64,000 nt of DNA from an uncultured Vicinamibacterales bacterium (lineage in GTDB: Bacteria > Acidobacteriota > Vicinamibacteria > Vicinamibacterales > JAKQTR01), in the NCBI GenBank assembly GCA_964547975.1, contig CAZJRM010000001.1, positions 5,774 through 69,773 of the forward strand, in the 5' to 3' direction. Each line of letters opens with the position of its first letter. Position 1 is the first letter of the stretch. A program made the translations under genes and the position numbers. The notes under the pieces were generated by a model. That model ran no database searches. It was not told where the DNA came from and saw nothing but the letters and a program-made list of their open reading frames with translations. This document shows positions 19,432 to 29,681 of the stretch, in pieces.

Positions 19432-20045
19432 ATCGCTTTCGGCAGCAGCGCGAGAATCTCGCCGGCGGCCTCCCCGAGCGACGCCCCGAACGCGATGACG
19501 CCGTCCCTGTGCCCGGCCATCACGATGCAGCCCTTCTTCCCGATCGCCAGGCGTTTGTGCAGGCGGATCATCTCGTACGCCATTTCCGGCGTCCCGTACG
19601 CGACGTCGGGCTTCGTCGTCGGCAGCCGGTTCAGGTGGGTCTCCCACAACACGGCCGAATGAACGTGGACGACCGCTCGAACTGCCGCGTCCACCTGGTA
19701 GAGTGCCGCGTGCGTCAGTGCCTCCGACGACGGGGGCGTTTCCCCTGTCGACCTGAGGACGTTGCGGTCGAGATCGACGACGGTCACGGCGGCGAAGTGC
19801 CGGCGATCGACCTCGAGCAGGCCGCTCGACTGGCTGCCCGTGATGAAGAAGCGCGGTGACGAGTGCAGCCGCACGCTGAGGTTCCCGTACCCGACGCCCT
19901 GGGCGTCTGCGCCAATGAGATTCAGGGCACGCAGCTGCCCCCGCCAGTGGAGCAGGTCGTCGAACTGGGGCGGAACCGCCACCGGTCCGGCGACGTGCCT
20001 GAGCGTGTACTTGATGACACCTTCCTGTTCGCGAGGTCGCGTCAT
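19428..20045 (-). CDS. Class II aldolase/adducin-family protein
   Basis: I trimmed the track ORF to ATG 20045. GNLSVR..FFITGSQS, PSSEALTHAALY and VVHVHS metal-ligand-type motifs are present. ATGA overlap with the upstream dam-like gene. Confidence 0.8.
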   Translation of the reverse strand: MTRPREQEGVIKYTLRHVAGPVAVPPQFDDLLHWRGQLRALNLIGADAQGVGYGNLSVRLHSSPRFFITGSQSSGLLEVDRRHFAAVTVVDLDRNVLRSTGETPPSSEALTHAALYQVDAAVRAVVHVHSAVLWETHLNRLPTTKPDVAYGTPEMAYEMIRLHKRLAIGKKGCIVMAGHRDGVIAFGASLGEAAGEILALLPKAI

Positions 20046-20908
20046 GGTTCGTCCTTCGCGATCGGACCGGTGTGCCGGCCGCGGGCCGGGCCCCGGTCGA
20101 GATTCCGAATCGCCAGCACTTCGCGTGCGGGCGTGCGGTTGCCGGTGCAGGCGATCATGCGCGGCGCCTTCAGGTAGCGCACGCGGAAGCCGAGCTTGCG
20201 ATACAGCGCCACGACGCGCGGCGTTGCCTGGTTGGCCAGCACCACGGGGCCCGGATGACGAGCCAGCCACTCGGCGGCACGCACCTGGTCGTCCCAGGTG
20301 AACCGCGTGCGGGCGTACTGCGTAAACGGTACGTCGTATGGCGGATCGGCGTAGACGAAATCGTCCGGCTTCAGGGCCAGGGCCTCGAAGTCGAGGCTCG
20401 AGAACTCCCAGCGCGCGAACACCGGCTTGTACGTCGTGAAATCGCGCTGGTACGCGATCCGGGCGTAGCTGCCGAACGGCACGTTGTACTCGCCGCGGCC
20501 GTTGAACCGGCACAGGCCGTTGTACCCGGTGCGGTTCAGGTAATAGAAGAGCGACGCGGCCTCGACGGTGTGGCTCCGGCCGGCCGCCAGCAGCGCGTTG
20601 AACAACTGCCGGTACGCGTAGTACGTCTCGCCGTGGTTCTCCATCGGCAGGTTGATCGTGAAACCGCGCTTCAGATGCCGGTAGAAGTTGACGAGATGCG
20701 GATTGACGTCGTTCAGCAGCGCGCGCCTCGGCCCGATGCCGAGCGAGATGGCCAGGCCTCCGCAGAACGGCTCCACGAGCCGCCGGTGTTCGTGGCCCGT
20801 CCACAGGCGCTTCACGTGCGGCACCTGCCACCGCTTGCCGCCGGCCCACTTCAGGGGCGGGCGCGGGTGCGTCGCGGTGTCGGTCTGGGGCGCAGCGTCG
20901 CGGGCCAT
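20042..20908 (-). CDS. dam: Dam-family N6-adenine DNA methyltransferase
   Basis: Collinear with E. coli Dam as I recall it: LKWAGGKR, EPFCGG (SAM-binding), YLNRTGYNGLCRFN, catalytic DPPY. Confidence 0.9.
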   Translation of the reverse strand: MARDAAPQTDTATHPRPPLKWAGGKRWQVPHVKRLWTGHEHRRLVEPFCGGLAISLGIGPRRALLNDVNPHLVNFYRHLKRGFTINLPMENHGETYYAYRQLFNALLAAGRSHTVEAASLFYYLNRTGYNGLCRFNGRGEYNVPFGSYARIAYQRDFTTYKPVFARWEFSSLDFEALALKPDDFVYADPPYDVPFTQYARTRFTWDDQVRAAEWLARHPGPVVLANQATPRVVALYRKLGFRVRYLKAPRMIACTGNRTPAREVLAIRNLDRGPARGRHTGPIAKDEP

Positions 20909-20956
20909 GTGGGTTCAGTATATGTCTGCTATTCTTCCACGGGAGGACCCGTCATC

Positions 20957-23900
20957 ATGCGAGTGGTTCGATTCCTGGCGACCGCGATCGCGGCCCTGGC
21001 CCTGGCGTCTGTCACGGCTGGCGCGCAACCCGACACCCGTGACACCCGGCTGCTGGCGCAGCCGGCGACCAACGGCACGCACGTGGCGTTCGTCTACGCC
21101 GACGACCTCTGGGTGGCTCGCCTCGACGGCACGGATGTCCGCCGTCTCACGACCGATGATGGCGCCGAGACGTCGCCGGCGTTCTCGCCGGACGGCCGGC
21201 TGATCGCGTTCAACGCGCAGTACGACGGCAACATCGACGTCTACGTCGTGCCCGCCGAAGGCGGGGTGCCGCGCCGGCTGACGTGGCACCCCGGCCCGGA
21301 CGTCGTGCAGGGATTCTCTTTCGACGGTCAGCGCGTGTTGTTCACATCGGGGCGCGCGGCCTTCACGGCGGCGTACCGGCACCTCTACACCGTGCCGGTC
21401 GGTGGCGGCCTGGAAGAGCGGCTGCCGATTCCGAACGCCTACCAGGCGACGTATTCGCCCGATGGCCAGCGGATCGCCTACAACCCGCTGCCGCCGGCCT
21501 TCGACCAGTGGAAGCAGTATCGCGGCGGTCGCGTCTCGCGCCTCTGGCTCTACCGTTCCGCCGACCACGCCATCGAGAAGGTGCCGCAGCCCGCATCGCG
21601 CGCGAACGACGTCGATCCGATGTGGATTGGCGATACGGTCTACATGCGCTCCGACCGTGACGGCGAGTTCAACCTCTACGCCTACGACACGAAGACGAAG
21701 CAGGTGCGCCGCCTGACGAACCACGACGACTTCCCGGTGATGAAGGCCTCGTCGGGCGGCGGGAAGATCGTCTACGAGCAGGCCGGCTCGCTGCACCTGT
21801 TCGACCCGACGACGGGTCGGGCGAAGAAGCTGACGATCGGGATCGCGGCCGACCTGCGTGAGATCCGGCCGCGCTACGTGAAGGGGAGCGAGTACATCCG
21901 TAACGTTTCGCTGTCGCCGTCCGGCGCGCGCGCGGTGTTCGAAGTCCGCGGCGAAATCGTGACCGTACCGGCCGAGAAGGGCGACGCGCGCAACCTGACG
22001 GCCACCGTGGCGGCGCACGAACGGTCGCCGCAGTGGTCGCCCGACGGCACGCGCATCGCCTACGTCTCGGACGCCTCCGGCGAATACGAACTCCACGTGG
22101 CGCCCCAGGATGGCAAGGGCGACGTCAAGAAGTACAGGCTCGGCGGCGCGGGATTCTACTCGAGCCTCCAGTGGTCGCCCGACAGCCGGAAGATCGCCTT
22201 CGTCGACAACTCGCAGAGCGTCTTCGTCCTCGACCTCGGTACCGGAGCGGTGAAACGGCTGGGCGGCAACCGCGTCTACACGCCGGCGCCGCAGATCGGG
22301 TTCGACTGGTCGCCGGATTCGAAGTGGATCGCGTACGTCGTGGACACGCAGCCCCTCGTCACGACGGTCTTCGCGTATTCCGTCGAACAGGACAAGTCCT
22401 TTGCGTTGACGGACGGCTTGAGCGAAGTGACCGAACCCGTCTTCGACAAGGGCGGCAAGTACCTCTACCTGCTGGGCTCGACGGATGCCGGCCCGGTGCA
22501 GGACTGGTTCGCGCAATCGAATGCCGACATGCGGCGCACTCGCAACCTCTACCTCGTCGTCTTGCGCAAGGGCGTGCCGTCGCCGCTCGCGAAGGAGAGC
22601 GACGAGGAGAAGCCGAAGAAGGCCGACGCCGGGGACAAGAAGCCGGAGGAGTCGAAGAAGACGGAGGATCCGTTCTCGATCGACGTGGTCGGCATCCAGC
22701 ACCGCATCCTCGCGCTGCCGATTCCCGCGGGCGACCTGTCGAACCTCCAGGCGGGCGACGCGGGCTACCTGTACTACCTGCGGCGGGACGGGCGCGAGTC
22801 GTCGCTCCACCGGTACGATCTCGGGAAGCGCAAGGACGAGACGCCGCTGGCCGCGCTCGACACGTACCTGCTGTCGGCCGACGGGAAGAAGATCCTCTAC
22901 ATGAACGCCCGCCAGTGGTTCATCGCGGCTGCCGGCCCGAAGGTCGCGCCGGGCGAAGGTCGCCTGGCCGTCGCCGACATTGAGGTGCGCATCGACCCGC
23001 GCGCCGAGTGGACGCAGATCTTCAACGAGGCGTGGCGGATCAACCGTGACTACTTCTACGCGCCCAACATGCACGGCGTCGACTGGCCGGCGATGAAGAC
23101 GAAGTACGGCGCGTTTCTGCCGGACCTCGCCACGCGCGCCGACCTGAATCGCGTCATCCAGTGGATGTGCAGCGAGATTGCCGTCGGCCACCACCGCGGC
23201 GGCGGCGGCGACCGCCTCGAGCAGGCGCGTAACGTCCCCGGCGGCCTGCTCGGCGCCGACTACGAGGTGGCGAACGGCCGCTACCGGTTCACACGCGTGC
23301 TCGGGGGCCTGAACTGGACCCCGGACCTGCGCGCGCCGCTCACCGAGCCGGGCGTGGACGTCCAGACGGGCGAGTACCTGCTGGCCGTGAACGGCCGCGA
23401 CGTGAAGCCGCCGGCCAACCTCTACAGCTTCTTCGAGAACACCGCCGGGAAGCTCGTGGAACTCTCGGTCGGGCCCACGCCCGATGGCGCCAATGCCCGT
23501 ACCGTCACGGTGGTGCCGATTGCCAACGAATCGGCGCTGCGGAACCGTGACTGGGTCGAAGGCAACCTGAAGAAGGTCGACCAGGCCACGGGCGGGCGCG
23601 TGGCGTACGTGTACGTCCCGAATACGGCCGGCGCGGGCCACACGTACTTCAAGCGTTACTTCTTCCCGCAAGCTCACAAGGACGCCGTCATCGTCGACGA
23701 GCGGTTCAACGGCGGCGGGTCCGTGGCCGACTACTACATCGACATCCTCCGGCGGCCGTTCATCAGCCACTGGGCGATGCGCTACGGCGACGACCTCAAG
23801 ACGCCGACGGCGTCGATCCAGGGACCGAAGGTCATGATCATCGACGAAGCTGCCGGGTCGGGCGGTGACCTGCTGCCGTGGATGTTCCGCACGTTCAAGG

Positions 23901-24223
23901 TCGGCACGCTCGTCGGCCAGCGAACCTGGGGCGGTTTGGTCGGCGTGCTCGGGTTCCCGGTCCTCATGGACGGCGGGTCGATCACCGCGCCGAATCTCGC
24001 CATCTGGACGCCCGAGGAAGGCTGGATCGTCGAAAACGAAGGCGTCGCGCCGGACATCGAGGTCGAGCAGACGCCGGCCGACGTGATTGCCGGCCGCGAT
24101 CCGCAGCTCGAGAAGGCCATCGACGTGGCCCTGGCCGAGCTGAAGAAGAATCCGCCGCCGAAGGACAAGCGACCGGCCTATCCGGTGCGGGGCAAGACCC
24201 TGCGCGGCACGGTTCGCAAGTAG
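20957..24223 (+). CDS. Tricorn-protease-like S41 peptidase with TolB-like beta-propellers
   Basis: I trimmed the track ORF 20072..24223 to ATG 20957 (SD GGGAGGA, signal peptide). It has repeated SPDG propeller motifs (SPAFSPDG, YSPDGQRIAY, WSPDGTRIAY, WSPDSRKIAF, WSPDSKWIAY) and a C-terminal S41-like region (DERFNGGGSVADY, AGSGGDLLP). Confidence 0.85.
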   Translation: MRVVRFLATAIAALALASVTAGAQPDTRDTRLLAQPATNGTHVAFVYADDLWVARLDGTDVRRLTTDDGAETSPAFSPDGRLIAFNAQYDGNIDVYVVPAEGGVPRRLTWHPGPDVVQGFSFDGQRVLFTSGRAAFTAAYRHLYTVPVGGGLEERLPIPNAYQATYSPDGQRIAYNPLPPAFDQWKQYRGGRVSRLWLYRSADHAIEKVPQPASRANDVDPMWIGDTVYMRSDRDGEFNLYAYDTKTKQVRRLTNHDDFPVMKASSGGGKIVYEQAGSLHLFDPTTGRAKKLTIGIAADLREIRPRYVKGSEYIRNVSLSPSGARAVFEVRGEIVTVPAEKGDARNLTATVAAHERSPQWSPDGTRIAYVSDASGEYELHVAPQDGKGDVKKYRLGGAGFYSSLQWSPDSRKIAFVDNSQSVFVLDLGTGAVKRLGGNRVYTPAPQIGFDWSPDSKWIAYVVDTQPLVTTVFAYSVEQDKSFALTDGLSEVTEPVFDKGGKYLYLLGSTDAGPVQDWFAQSNADMRRTRNLYLVVLRKGVPSPLAKESDEEKPKKADAGDKKPEESKKTEDPFSIDVVGIQHRILALPIPAGDLSNLQAGDAGYLYYLRRDGRESSLHRYDLGKRKDETPLAALDTYLLSADGKKILYMNARQWFIAAAGPKVAPGEGRLAVADIEVRIDPRAEWTQIFNEAWRINRDYFYAPNMHGVDWPAMKTKYGAFLPDLATRADLNRVIQWMCSEIAVGHHRGGGGDRLEQARNVPGGLLGADYEVANGRYRFTRVLGGLNWTPDLRAPLTEPGVDVQTGEYLLAVNGRDVKPPANLYSFFENTAGKLVELSVGPTPDGANARTVTVVPIANESALRNRDWVEGNLKKVDQATGGRVAYVYVPNTAGAGHTYFKRYFFPQAHKDAVIVDERFNGGGSVADYYIDILRRPFISHWAMRYGDDLKTPTASIQGPKVMIIDEAAGSGGDLLPWMFRTFKVGTLVGQRTWGGLVGVLGFPVLMDGGSITAPNLAIWTPEEGWIVENEGVAPDIEVEQTPADVIAGRDPQLEKAIDVALAELKKNPPPKDKRPAYPVRGKTLRGTVRK

Positions 24224-24289
24224 CGGCGCCGACGCCACGCGTTTGTCCGGGTCAGCCGTTCGGGCTGGCGTCCGGCGTCGAACCCCTGA

Positions 24290-24295
24290 TAGAAT
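24290..24295 (+). promoter_or_regulatory. -10 box TAGAAT for the tRNA gene
   Basis: It lies 11 nt upstream of the mature tRNA 5' end. The same TAGAATAG octamer occurs upstream of queE. Confidence 0.5.
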
Positions 24296-24306
24296 AGGGG
24301 TTTGTC

Positions 24307-24383
24307 GCCGGTGTAGCTCAGTTGGTTAGAGCACGCGGCTCATATCCGCGGAGTCCGGGGTTCAAGTCCCTGCACCGGCACCA
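24307..24383 (+). tRNA. tRNA with anticodon CAT (elongator Met-like; the Ile2/lysidine alternative is not excluded), encoded CCA end
   Basis: 77 nt. Acceptor stem GCCGGTG/CACCGGC, D-arm GTAGCTCAGTTGGTTAGAGCAC, anticodon stem-loop CGCGG-CTCATAT-CCGCG, T-arm CGGGG-TTCAAGT-CCCTG. G1-C72 argues against an initiator. Confidence 0.9.
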
Positions 24384-24429
24384 GAAGACGAGAGGGGTCG
24401 CGCGTTCAACGTTCGACCCCTCTTCGTCT
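24384..24429 (+). terminator. Hairpin after the tRNA (GAAGACGAGAGGGGTCG ... CGACCCCTCTTCGTCT)
   Basis: A stem of about 15 bp with one bulge, directly 3' of the CCA. Confidence 0.6.
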
Positions 24430-24444
24430 ATGTGCCTGACCTCA

Positions 24445-24470
24445 GGGCCGGCTGAAGCCGGCCCGCCACG
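24445..24470 (-). repeat. REP-like hairpin copy R3 (GGGCCGGC / TGAA / GCCGGCCC, flank CGTGG on the minus strand)
   Basis: Perfect 8-bp inverted repeat just upstream of the tilS start. Confidence 0.8.
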
Positions 24471-24475
24471 GCTCG

Positions 24476-25906
24476 GTGGTCCCTATGTCGACTCTGCTCG
24501 AACGCGTCGGCGACACCGTCGAGCGCAGCGGCCTGCTGCCGCCGGGCGCACGAGTGCTCGTGGCCGTGTCGGGCGGTTCGGATTCCGTCGCGCTGCTCCA
24601 TCTGCTGGTGACCCTCGCCCCCACCTGCGGCTTCGTCGTCGCTGGTGTCGCCCACCTGAACCACCAACTGCGCGGTGCCGACAGCGACGCCGACGAGGCG
24701 TTCTGCCGGACGCTCGCGGAACAGCTCGGCCTGCCGGCGGTCGTCGAACGCATCGACGTGGGCAGCCAGGCACGCGCCCACCGCGTCTCGATGGAGGTGG
24801 CGGCCCGCCGGGCGCGGTACCGGTTCCTCGAGCGGGCGGCGGAGCGGGTCGATGCCGACACCATCGCCACCGGCCATACGCGTGACGACCAGGCCGAGAC
24901 CTTCCTGCTGCGACTGCTCCGCGGCGCTGGCGCCACCGGGCTGGCCGCGATTCCGCCACGCCGGGGTCTCGTCGTGCGACCCATCCTGGGCGAACGCCGC
25001 GCGGAACTCCGAGCGTTTCTTGCCGAGCGCGGTTCTTCCTTTCGAGAGGACGCGACCAACGCCGACACCGCGATTCCCCGCAACTGGGTTCGCCACGTCC
25101 TTCTTCCGCGACTCGGTGCCCATCTCGGCGGGGATGTGACGGACCTCCTCGCCCGCGAATCCGCGCTGCTGCGTGACGACGGGGTTCTCCTCGACGAGAT
25201 CGCCGACGAGACGGCGCGCCGGGTCCTTCGCGAAACCCGCCCCGGCACCATTGTCGTCGCGAGCGCGGACCTGGAAGCGTTGCCCCCGGCCCTGGCGCGG
25301 CGGGTGGTCCGGCGAGCGCTCGCGCGTGTCAGTCCCGCGTTCCAGGGGGCGGTCCACGTCGAACGAGTGCTCGCCCTGGCAGAAGGGCGCGAGGGCAGCC
25401 GATTCGACCTTCCGGGCGCCCGTGTGGAACGAAATGGCGAAAACGTAGTCCTATATACCAGGGAAGGTCGTGGATTCCGGCCGGCCGTGGCGTTCCGCCA
25501 TGGACTTCCGGTACCGGGCCGCGTGCCGATTCCCGAGGCGGAACGCGTGATTGAATCGGAGAACCTGCCTGTCGAGGTGGCGCAAATCATTCAGGACAAG
25601 CAGGTTATCGGTGAGGGGGCTGGGGTGGTGGATGCGGGGGTAGCCGCCGACGGGCTGTGGGTGCGCTCCAGGAAACCCGGGGACACATTTCGTCCGCTGG
25701 GGCTCGGCCGCCGCCGAAAGCTGCAGGACGTGTTCATCGACCGCAAAGTGCCCCGTGACCGTCGCGATGCGGTGCCGCTCGTCGTCGACGCCCGCGACAG
25801 GATCGTGTGGGTGGCGGGGCTCGGTCCGAGCGACGATGCGCGGGTGACGCCGGCCACGCAAAGCGTGGTAACCTTGAGAGTTAGCCGAATGGGAGACTTG
25901 GGGTGA
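24476..25906 (+). CDS. tilS: tRNA(Ile)-lysidine synthase TilS
   Basis: PP-loop [35 protein letters not shown]-terminal substrate-binding domain. The start is ambiguous (GTG 24476 or ATG 24485). Confidence 0.85.
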   Translation: MVPMSTLLERVGDTVERSGLLPPGARVLVAVSGGSDSVALLHLLVTLAPTCGFVVAGVAHLNHQLRGADSDADEAFCRTLAEQLGLPAVVERIDVGSQARAHRVSMEVAARRARYRFLERAAERVDADTIATGHTRDDQAETFLLRLLRGAGATGLAAIPPRRGLVVRPILGERRAELRAFLAERGSSFREDATNADTAIPRNWVRHVLLPRLGAHLGGDVTDLLARESALLRDDGVLLDEIADETARRVLRETRPGTIVVASADLEALPPALARRVVRRALARVSPAFQGAVHVERVLALAEGREGSRFDLPGARVERNGENVVLYTREGRGFRPAVAFRHGLPVPGRVPIPEAERVIESENLPVEVAQIIQDKQVIGEGAGVVDAGVAADGLWVRSRKPGDTFRPLGLGRRRKLQDVFIDRKVPRDRRDAVPLVVDARDRIVWVAGLGPSDDARVTPATQSVVTLRVSRMGDLG

Positions 25907-27822
25907 ACTCCACACTGCGGAGCCTGTTGTTCTGGATGGTGCTCGTCATCGTCGCCGTCCTGGTCTGGAACTTCTCCACGACGTTCCAGACGAGGGAGCG
26001 GGCGGTGACGTTCAGCGACTTCATGTCCTGGGTCGAGTCGGGCAACGTGACGACGGTCACCATTGCGGGCAACGAGATTTCGGGCACGACCAAGGCCGAC
26101 GAAACGTTCCGGACCTACGCGCCGCCGCAGTACGAGGGGCTGGCGAACAAGCTCGTCGAGCGCAACGTCGCGATTACGGCGAAAGAGGCCCAGGCCAGCC
26201 CGTGGGCGTCCCTGCTGTACTCGTGGGCGCCGGCGCTGCTGATGATCGGGTTCTGGATCTTCTTCATGCGCCAGATGCAGAGCGGCGGCAACAAGGCGCT
26301 GTCGTTCGGCAAGAGCAAGGCCAAGTTGTCGTCCGGCGCCCAGAAGAAGGTGACGTTCAAGGACGTCGCCGGCGTCGATGAAGCGAAAGAAGAGCTCCAG
26401 GAAATCATCGAGTACCTGAAAGAACCCCAGAAGTTCCAGAAACTCGGCGGCCGCATCCCGAAGGGCGTCCTGTTGATGGGGCCTCCCGGAACCGGCAAGA
26501 CGCTGCTGGCGCGCGCCGTGGCCGGCGAAGCGAACGTGCCGTTCTTCTCGATCAGCGGCTCGGACTTCGTCGAGATGTTCGTCGGCGTGGGCGCGTCCCG
26601 CGTACGCGACCTGTTCGAACAGGGCAAGAAGAACGCGCCGTGCATCATCTTCATCGATGAAATCGACGCCGTCGGCCGGCATCGTGGCGCGGGCCTCGGG
26701 GGCGGTCACGACGAACGCGAGCAGACGCTGAACCAGCTGCTCGTCGAGATGGACGGCTTCGAGTCGAACGAAGGCGTGATCCTGATGGCGGCGACGAACC
26801 GCCCGGACGTCCTCGATCCGGCGCTGCTGCGCCCGGGCCGGTTCGATCGGCGCGTCATCGTGAATCGCCCCGACGTGCGTGGCCGCGAGGGCATCCTCGT
26901 GGTGCACACGCGCAAGATCCCATTGGCCGACGACGTGGATCCGAGCGTGCTGGCGCGCGGCACGGCGGGGTTCTCGGGCGCTGACCTGGCGAACCTGGTC
27001 AACGAAGCGGCGCTCAGCGCGGCCCGGCTGAACCAGAAGGCCGTGAAGATGGCGGACTTCGAGTACGCCAAGGACAAGGTCATGATGGGCAGCGAGCGTC
27101 GCTCGATGGTCATCAGCGAAGCCGAGAAGCGGGTGACGGCGGTGCACGAAGCCGGCCACGCGCTGCTGGCGGTCATCCTGCCGCACGCCGATCCGATCCA
27201 CAAGGTGACGATCATCCCGCGCGGCATGGCGCTCGGCCTGACGCAGCAGCTGCCGACCGACGAGAAACACAACTACTCGCGCGATTACCTGATGGATCAG
27301 ATCGCGATCCTGCTCGGCGGGCGGCTGGCGGAAGAGATCTGCCTGGGCAACATCACGACGGGCGCCGGCAACGACATCGAGCGCGCGTCGGATCTGGCCC
27401 GGAAGATGGTCTGCGAGTGGGGCATGAGCGACGTCATGGGTCCGCTGGCGTTCGGCAAGAAGGAGGAGCAGATCTTCCTCGGCCGCGAGATCGCCCAGCA
27501 CCAGGACTACAGCGAAGACACGGCAGTGATGATCGACAAGGAAGTGCGCGGCATGGTGCAGGCCGCCCACGACAAGGCCAAGGCGATCCTGGTCGAACAC
27601 AAGGACGCCCTGCTGAAGATGGCCGACGAACTGCTGACGCGCGAAGTGCTCGATGGCGACCAGGTGCGGCGGATCGTCGCGGGCGAACCCCTGGGCGAAA
27701 GCTCCCTGGCGGATTCGCCGGTGCCGACGGTCACGGTGGGAGAGACGGGCGACGCGCCGTCCCCGTCGGCCACCGGGCTCGTGCCGCCGGCCGTGCCGGC
27801 GTCGATTCCCCAGGGGCAGTAG
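25903..27822 (+). CDS. ftsH: ATP-dependent zinc metalloprotease FtsH
   Basis: Two N-terminal TM helices, Walker [15 protein letters not shown] region, HEAGHA zinc site. GTGA overlap with tilS. Confidence 0.97.
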   Translation: MNSTLRSLLFWMVLVIVAVLVWNFSTTFQTRERAVTFSDFMSWVESGNVTTVTIAGNEISGTTKADETFRTYAPPQYEGLANKLVERNVAITAKEAQASPWASLLYSWAPALLMIGFWIFFMRQMQSGGNKALSFGKSKAKLSSGAQKKVTFKDVAGVDEAKEELQEIIEYLKEPQKFQKLGGRIPKGVLLMGPPGTGKTLLARAVAGEANVPFFSISGSDFVEMFVGVGASRVRDLFEQGKKNAPCIIFIDEIDAVGRHRGAGLGGGHDEREQTLNQLLVEMDGFESNEGVILMAATNRPDVLDPALLRPGRFDRRVIVNRPDVRGREGILVVHTRKIPLADDVDPSVLARGTAGFSGADLANLVNEAALSAARLNQKAVKMADFEYAKDKVMMGSERRSMVISEAEKRVTAVHEAGHALLAVILPHADPIHKVTIIPRGMALGLTQQLPTDEKHNYSRDYLMDQIAILLGGRLAEEICLGNITTGAGNDIERASDLARKMVCEWGMSDVMGPLAFGKKEEQIFLGREIAQHQDYSEDTAVMIDKEVRGMVQAAHDKAKAILVEHKDALLKMADELLTREVLDGDQVRRIVAGEPLGESSLADSPVPTVTVGETGDAPSPSATGLVPPAVPASIPQGQ

Positions 27823-27948
27823 CCGCTTCGGAACGACGGCGCCAGCGCGCAGGGCCCGGGTGACCGGGCTCTGCGTGTGTACGGCGCGTCTGCGGTGCCC
27901 GCGTCTGCTGCTGCATCCGCCCCGGATGTCTGCGACAATGACGGGGCC

Positions 27949-28815
27949 ATGGCCACCATTCACTCCCGACCGTCCTTTACCGTTCCGCTCGCCCACGGGC
28001 GCCGCCTGGAACTGGGCGATCGTACGCTCGTGATGGGCGTCATCAACGTCACGCCCGACTCGTTTTCGGGAGGCCTGACCGACGTGCGCAGCGCCGTCGC
28101 CGCCGCCGTGCAGATGGAGGCCGATGGCGCCGACATCCTCGATATCGGCGGAGAGTCGACCCGGCCCGGTGCGGGCGCGGTCGACGAACACGAGGAACTC
28201 GAACGGGTGATTCCGGTACTCGAGCGGCTGCGAGACCGGGTGTCGGTGCCGATCTCGGTCGACACCTACAAGGCGTCGGTGGCCGAGGCCGCGATTCGGG
28301 CTGGCGCCTCTATCGTGAACGATATCAGCGGTTTAGGGTATGATCCGTTGACGGCCGGGGTCGTGGCGCGTACGGGGGCCGGTGTCATTCTGATGCACAC
28401 GCGCGGCCGCTCGAGCGACATGTATCGTGAGGCGGTCTACGGTGATGTCGCCGCTGACATCGCGGTCGAACTGCAGATGGCGGCGGCCCGGGCGGCGGTG
28501 GCCGGTGTCGACCGCGCGCGAATCATCCTCGATCCCGGCCTCGGTTTCGCGAAACGGTCGGAACACAGCTGGGCCGCCCTGGCGGCCTTGCCGAAACTTG
28601 CGGTACTCGATCGCCCGCTGCTCGTCGGGCCGTCGCGCAAGTCGTTTCTCACCGCGGCCATCGGCGACGTGCCTCCCGGCGAGCGGGACTGGGGCACGGC
28701 GGCGGCGGTCACGGTGTCGGCGCTGCTGGGCGCGCACATCGTGCGCGTGCACGCGGTGAAAGCGATGGTCCAGGCCGTGCGCGTCGCCGACGCACTGCGG
28801 CATTACGCCCGGTAG
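27949..28815 (+). CDS. folP: Dihydropteroate synthase
   Basis: VMGVINVTPDSFSGG, DIGGESTRPG, SVDTYK, GPSRKSF. The start is ATG 27949, or the upstream alternative at 27877. Confidence 0.9.
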   Translation: MATIHSRPSFTVPLAHGRRLELGDRTLVMGVINVTPDSFSGGLTDVRSAVAAAVQMEADGADILDIGGESTRPGAGAVDEHEELERVIPVLERLRDRVSVPISVDTYKASVAEAAIRAGASIVNDISGLGYDPLTAGVVARTGAGVILMHTRGRSSDMYREAVYGDVAADIAVELQMAAARAAVAGVDRARIILDPGLGFAKRSEHSWAALAALPKLAVLDRPLLVGPSRKSFLTAAIGDVPPGERDWGTAAAVTVSALLGAHIVRVHAVKAMVQAVRVADALRHYAR

Positions 28816-28865
28816 AGCACGGGCGCTCCCGCCCCGGACGGCGGGGCGAGGGGCATCTCGACGAC

Positions 28866-29681
28866 ATGATCGAACGGCTCGCCAGCGTCTTCCGTCATCC
28901 GGGCGTCGGGTGGTCCGACGCGATCGACGTCCTGATCGCGGCGGTCGTGATCTACGAGCTCCTGAAGCTCATCCGGGGCACGCGCGCGGTGCAGATGGGG
29001 CTGGGCGTCGGCGTGCTCGTCGGCCTCTACTACCTGTCGGGCTGGGCGCGGTTCGAAACGGTCAACTGGCTCATCCGCAACCTCGCCGGCTACGTGGTCT
29101 TCGCCGCTATCGTGCTGTTCCAGACCGAGATCCGCCGGACGCTGGCGAACCTCGGCCGGGCGCGGCTCTTCCGGTACTTCTCCCGATCGGTGTCGGCCAG
29201 CGAACAGATCGAAGAACTGGTCGTCGCGACCACGGTGCTGGCGAGCCAGCGCACCGGCGCGATCATCGCCGTCGAGCGCGAAATCGGGCTGCGGAACTAC
29301 ATCGAGGGCGGCATCCCCCTCGACGCGACGGTGACGTCCGACCTGCTCATCAGCATCTTCCAGACGAAGTCGCCGCTGCACGACGGCGCGGTCATCATCC
29401 AGGGCGACCGCCTGGCCGCCGCCGCCTGCTTCCTTCCGCTGACCGTGAACCCGGCCATCAGCAAGGACTTCGGCAGCCGCCACCGCGCGGCCATCGGCCT
29501 GACGGAGGAAAGCGACGCGGTGACCCTCGTGGTCTCGGAGGAGACGGGGCGCATCTCGATCGCGCTTGACGGGCACGTGGAGACCGGCGTGGATGCGGAT
29601 CGGCTGCGCGCGCGCCTGCGGGCGCTGGTGCCCCAGCGGCGCCAGTTGCTCGAGGCCAAAGCCGCGGGAGGGTTCGACTGA
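28866..29681 (+). CDS. cdaA: Membrane-anchored diadenylate cyclase CdaA (DisA_N/DAC domain)
   Basis: Three N-terminal TM helices. DAC motifs HDGAVII and GSRHRAAIG. Confidence 0.9.
   Translation: MIERLASVFRHPGVGWSDAIDVLIAAVVIYELLKLIRGTRAVQMGLGVGVLVGLYYLSGWARFETVNWLIRNLAGYVVFAAIVLFQTEIRRTLANLGRARLFRYFSRSVSASEQIEELVVATTVLASQRTGAIIAVEREIGLRNYIEGGIPLDATVTSDLLISIFQTKSPLHDGAVIIQGDRLAAAACFLPLTVNPAISKDFGSRHRAAIGLTEESDAVTLVVSEETGRISIALDGHVETGVDADRLRARLRALVPQRRQLLEAKAAGGFD

Noticed and set aside
20042-20908. The Dam-like gene as half of a type II restriction-modification system.
   Set aside because: No candidate endonuclease ORF is adjacent. The coupled downstream gene has clear class II aldolase motifs, and the divergent neighbour is a protease.
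20915-24238. Very long antisense ORFs. Examples: 1107 aa opposite the tricorn-like gene; 25591..28191 opposite ftsH; 13486..15357 opposite ruvAB; 44921..46987 and 56076..57917; 6167..8323.
   Set aside because: Their translations are Arg/Pro/Gly/Ala-rich and low-complexity with no recognisable motifs. They mirror genes that carry unmistakable family signatures. This is the expected artefact of stop-codon-poor, GC-rich DNA.
24307-24383. The tRNA gene as an integration site for a genomic island or prophage.
   Set aside because: There is no integrase, no duplicated tRNA 3' segment and no compositional break nearby. Housekeeping genes flank it on both sides.
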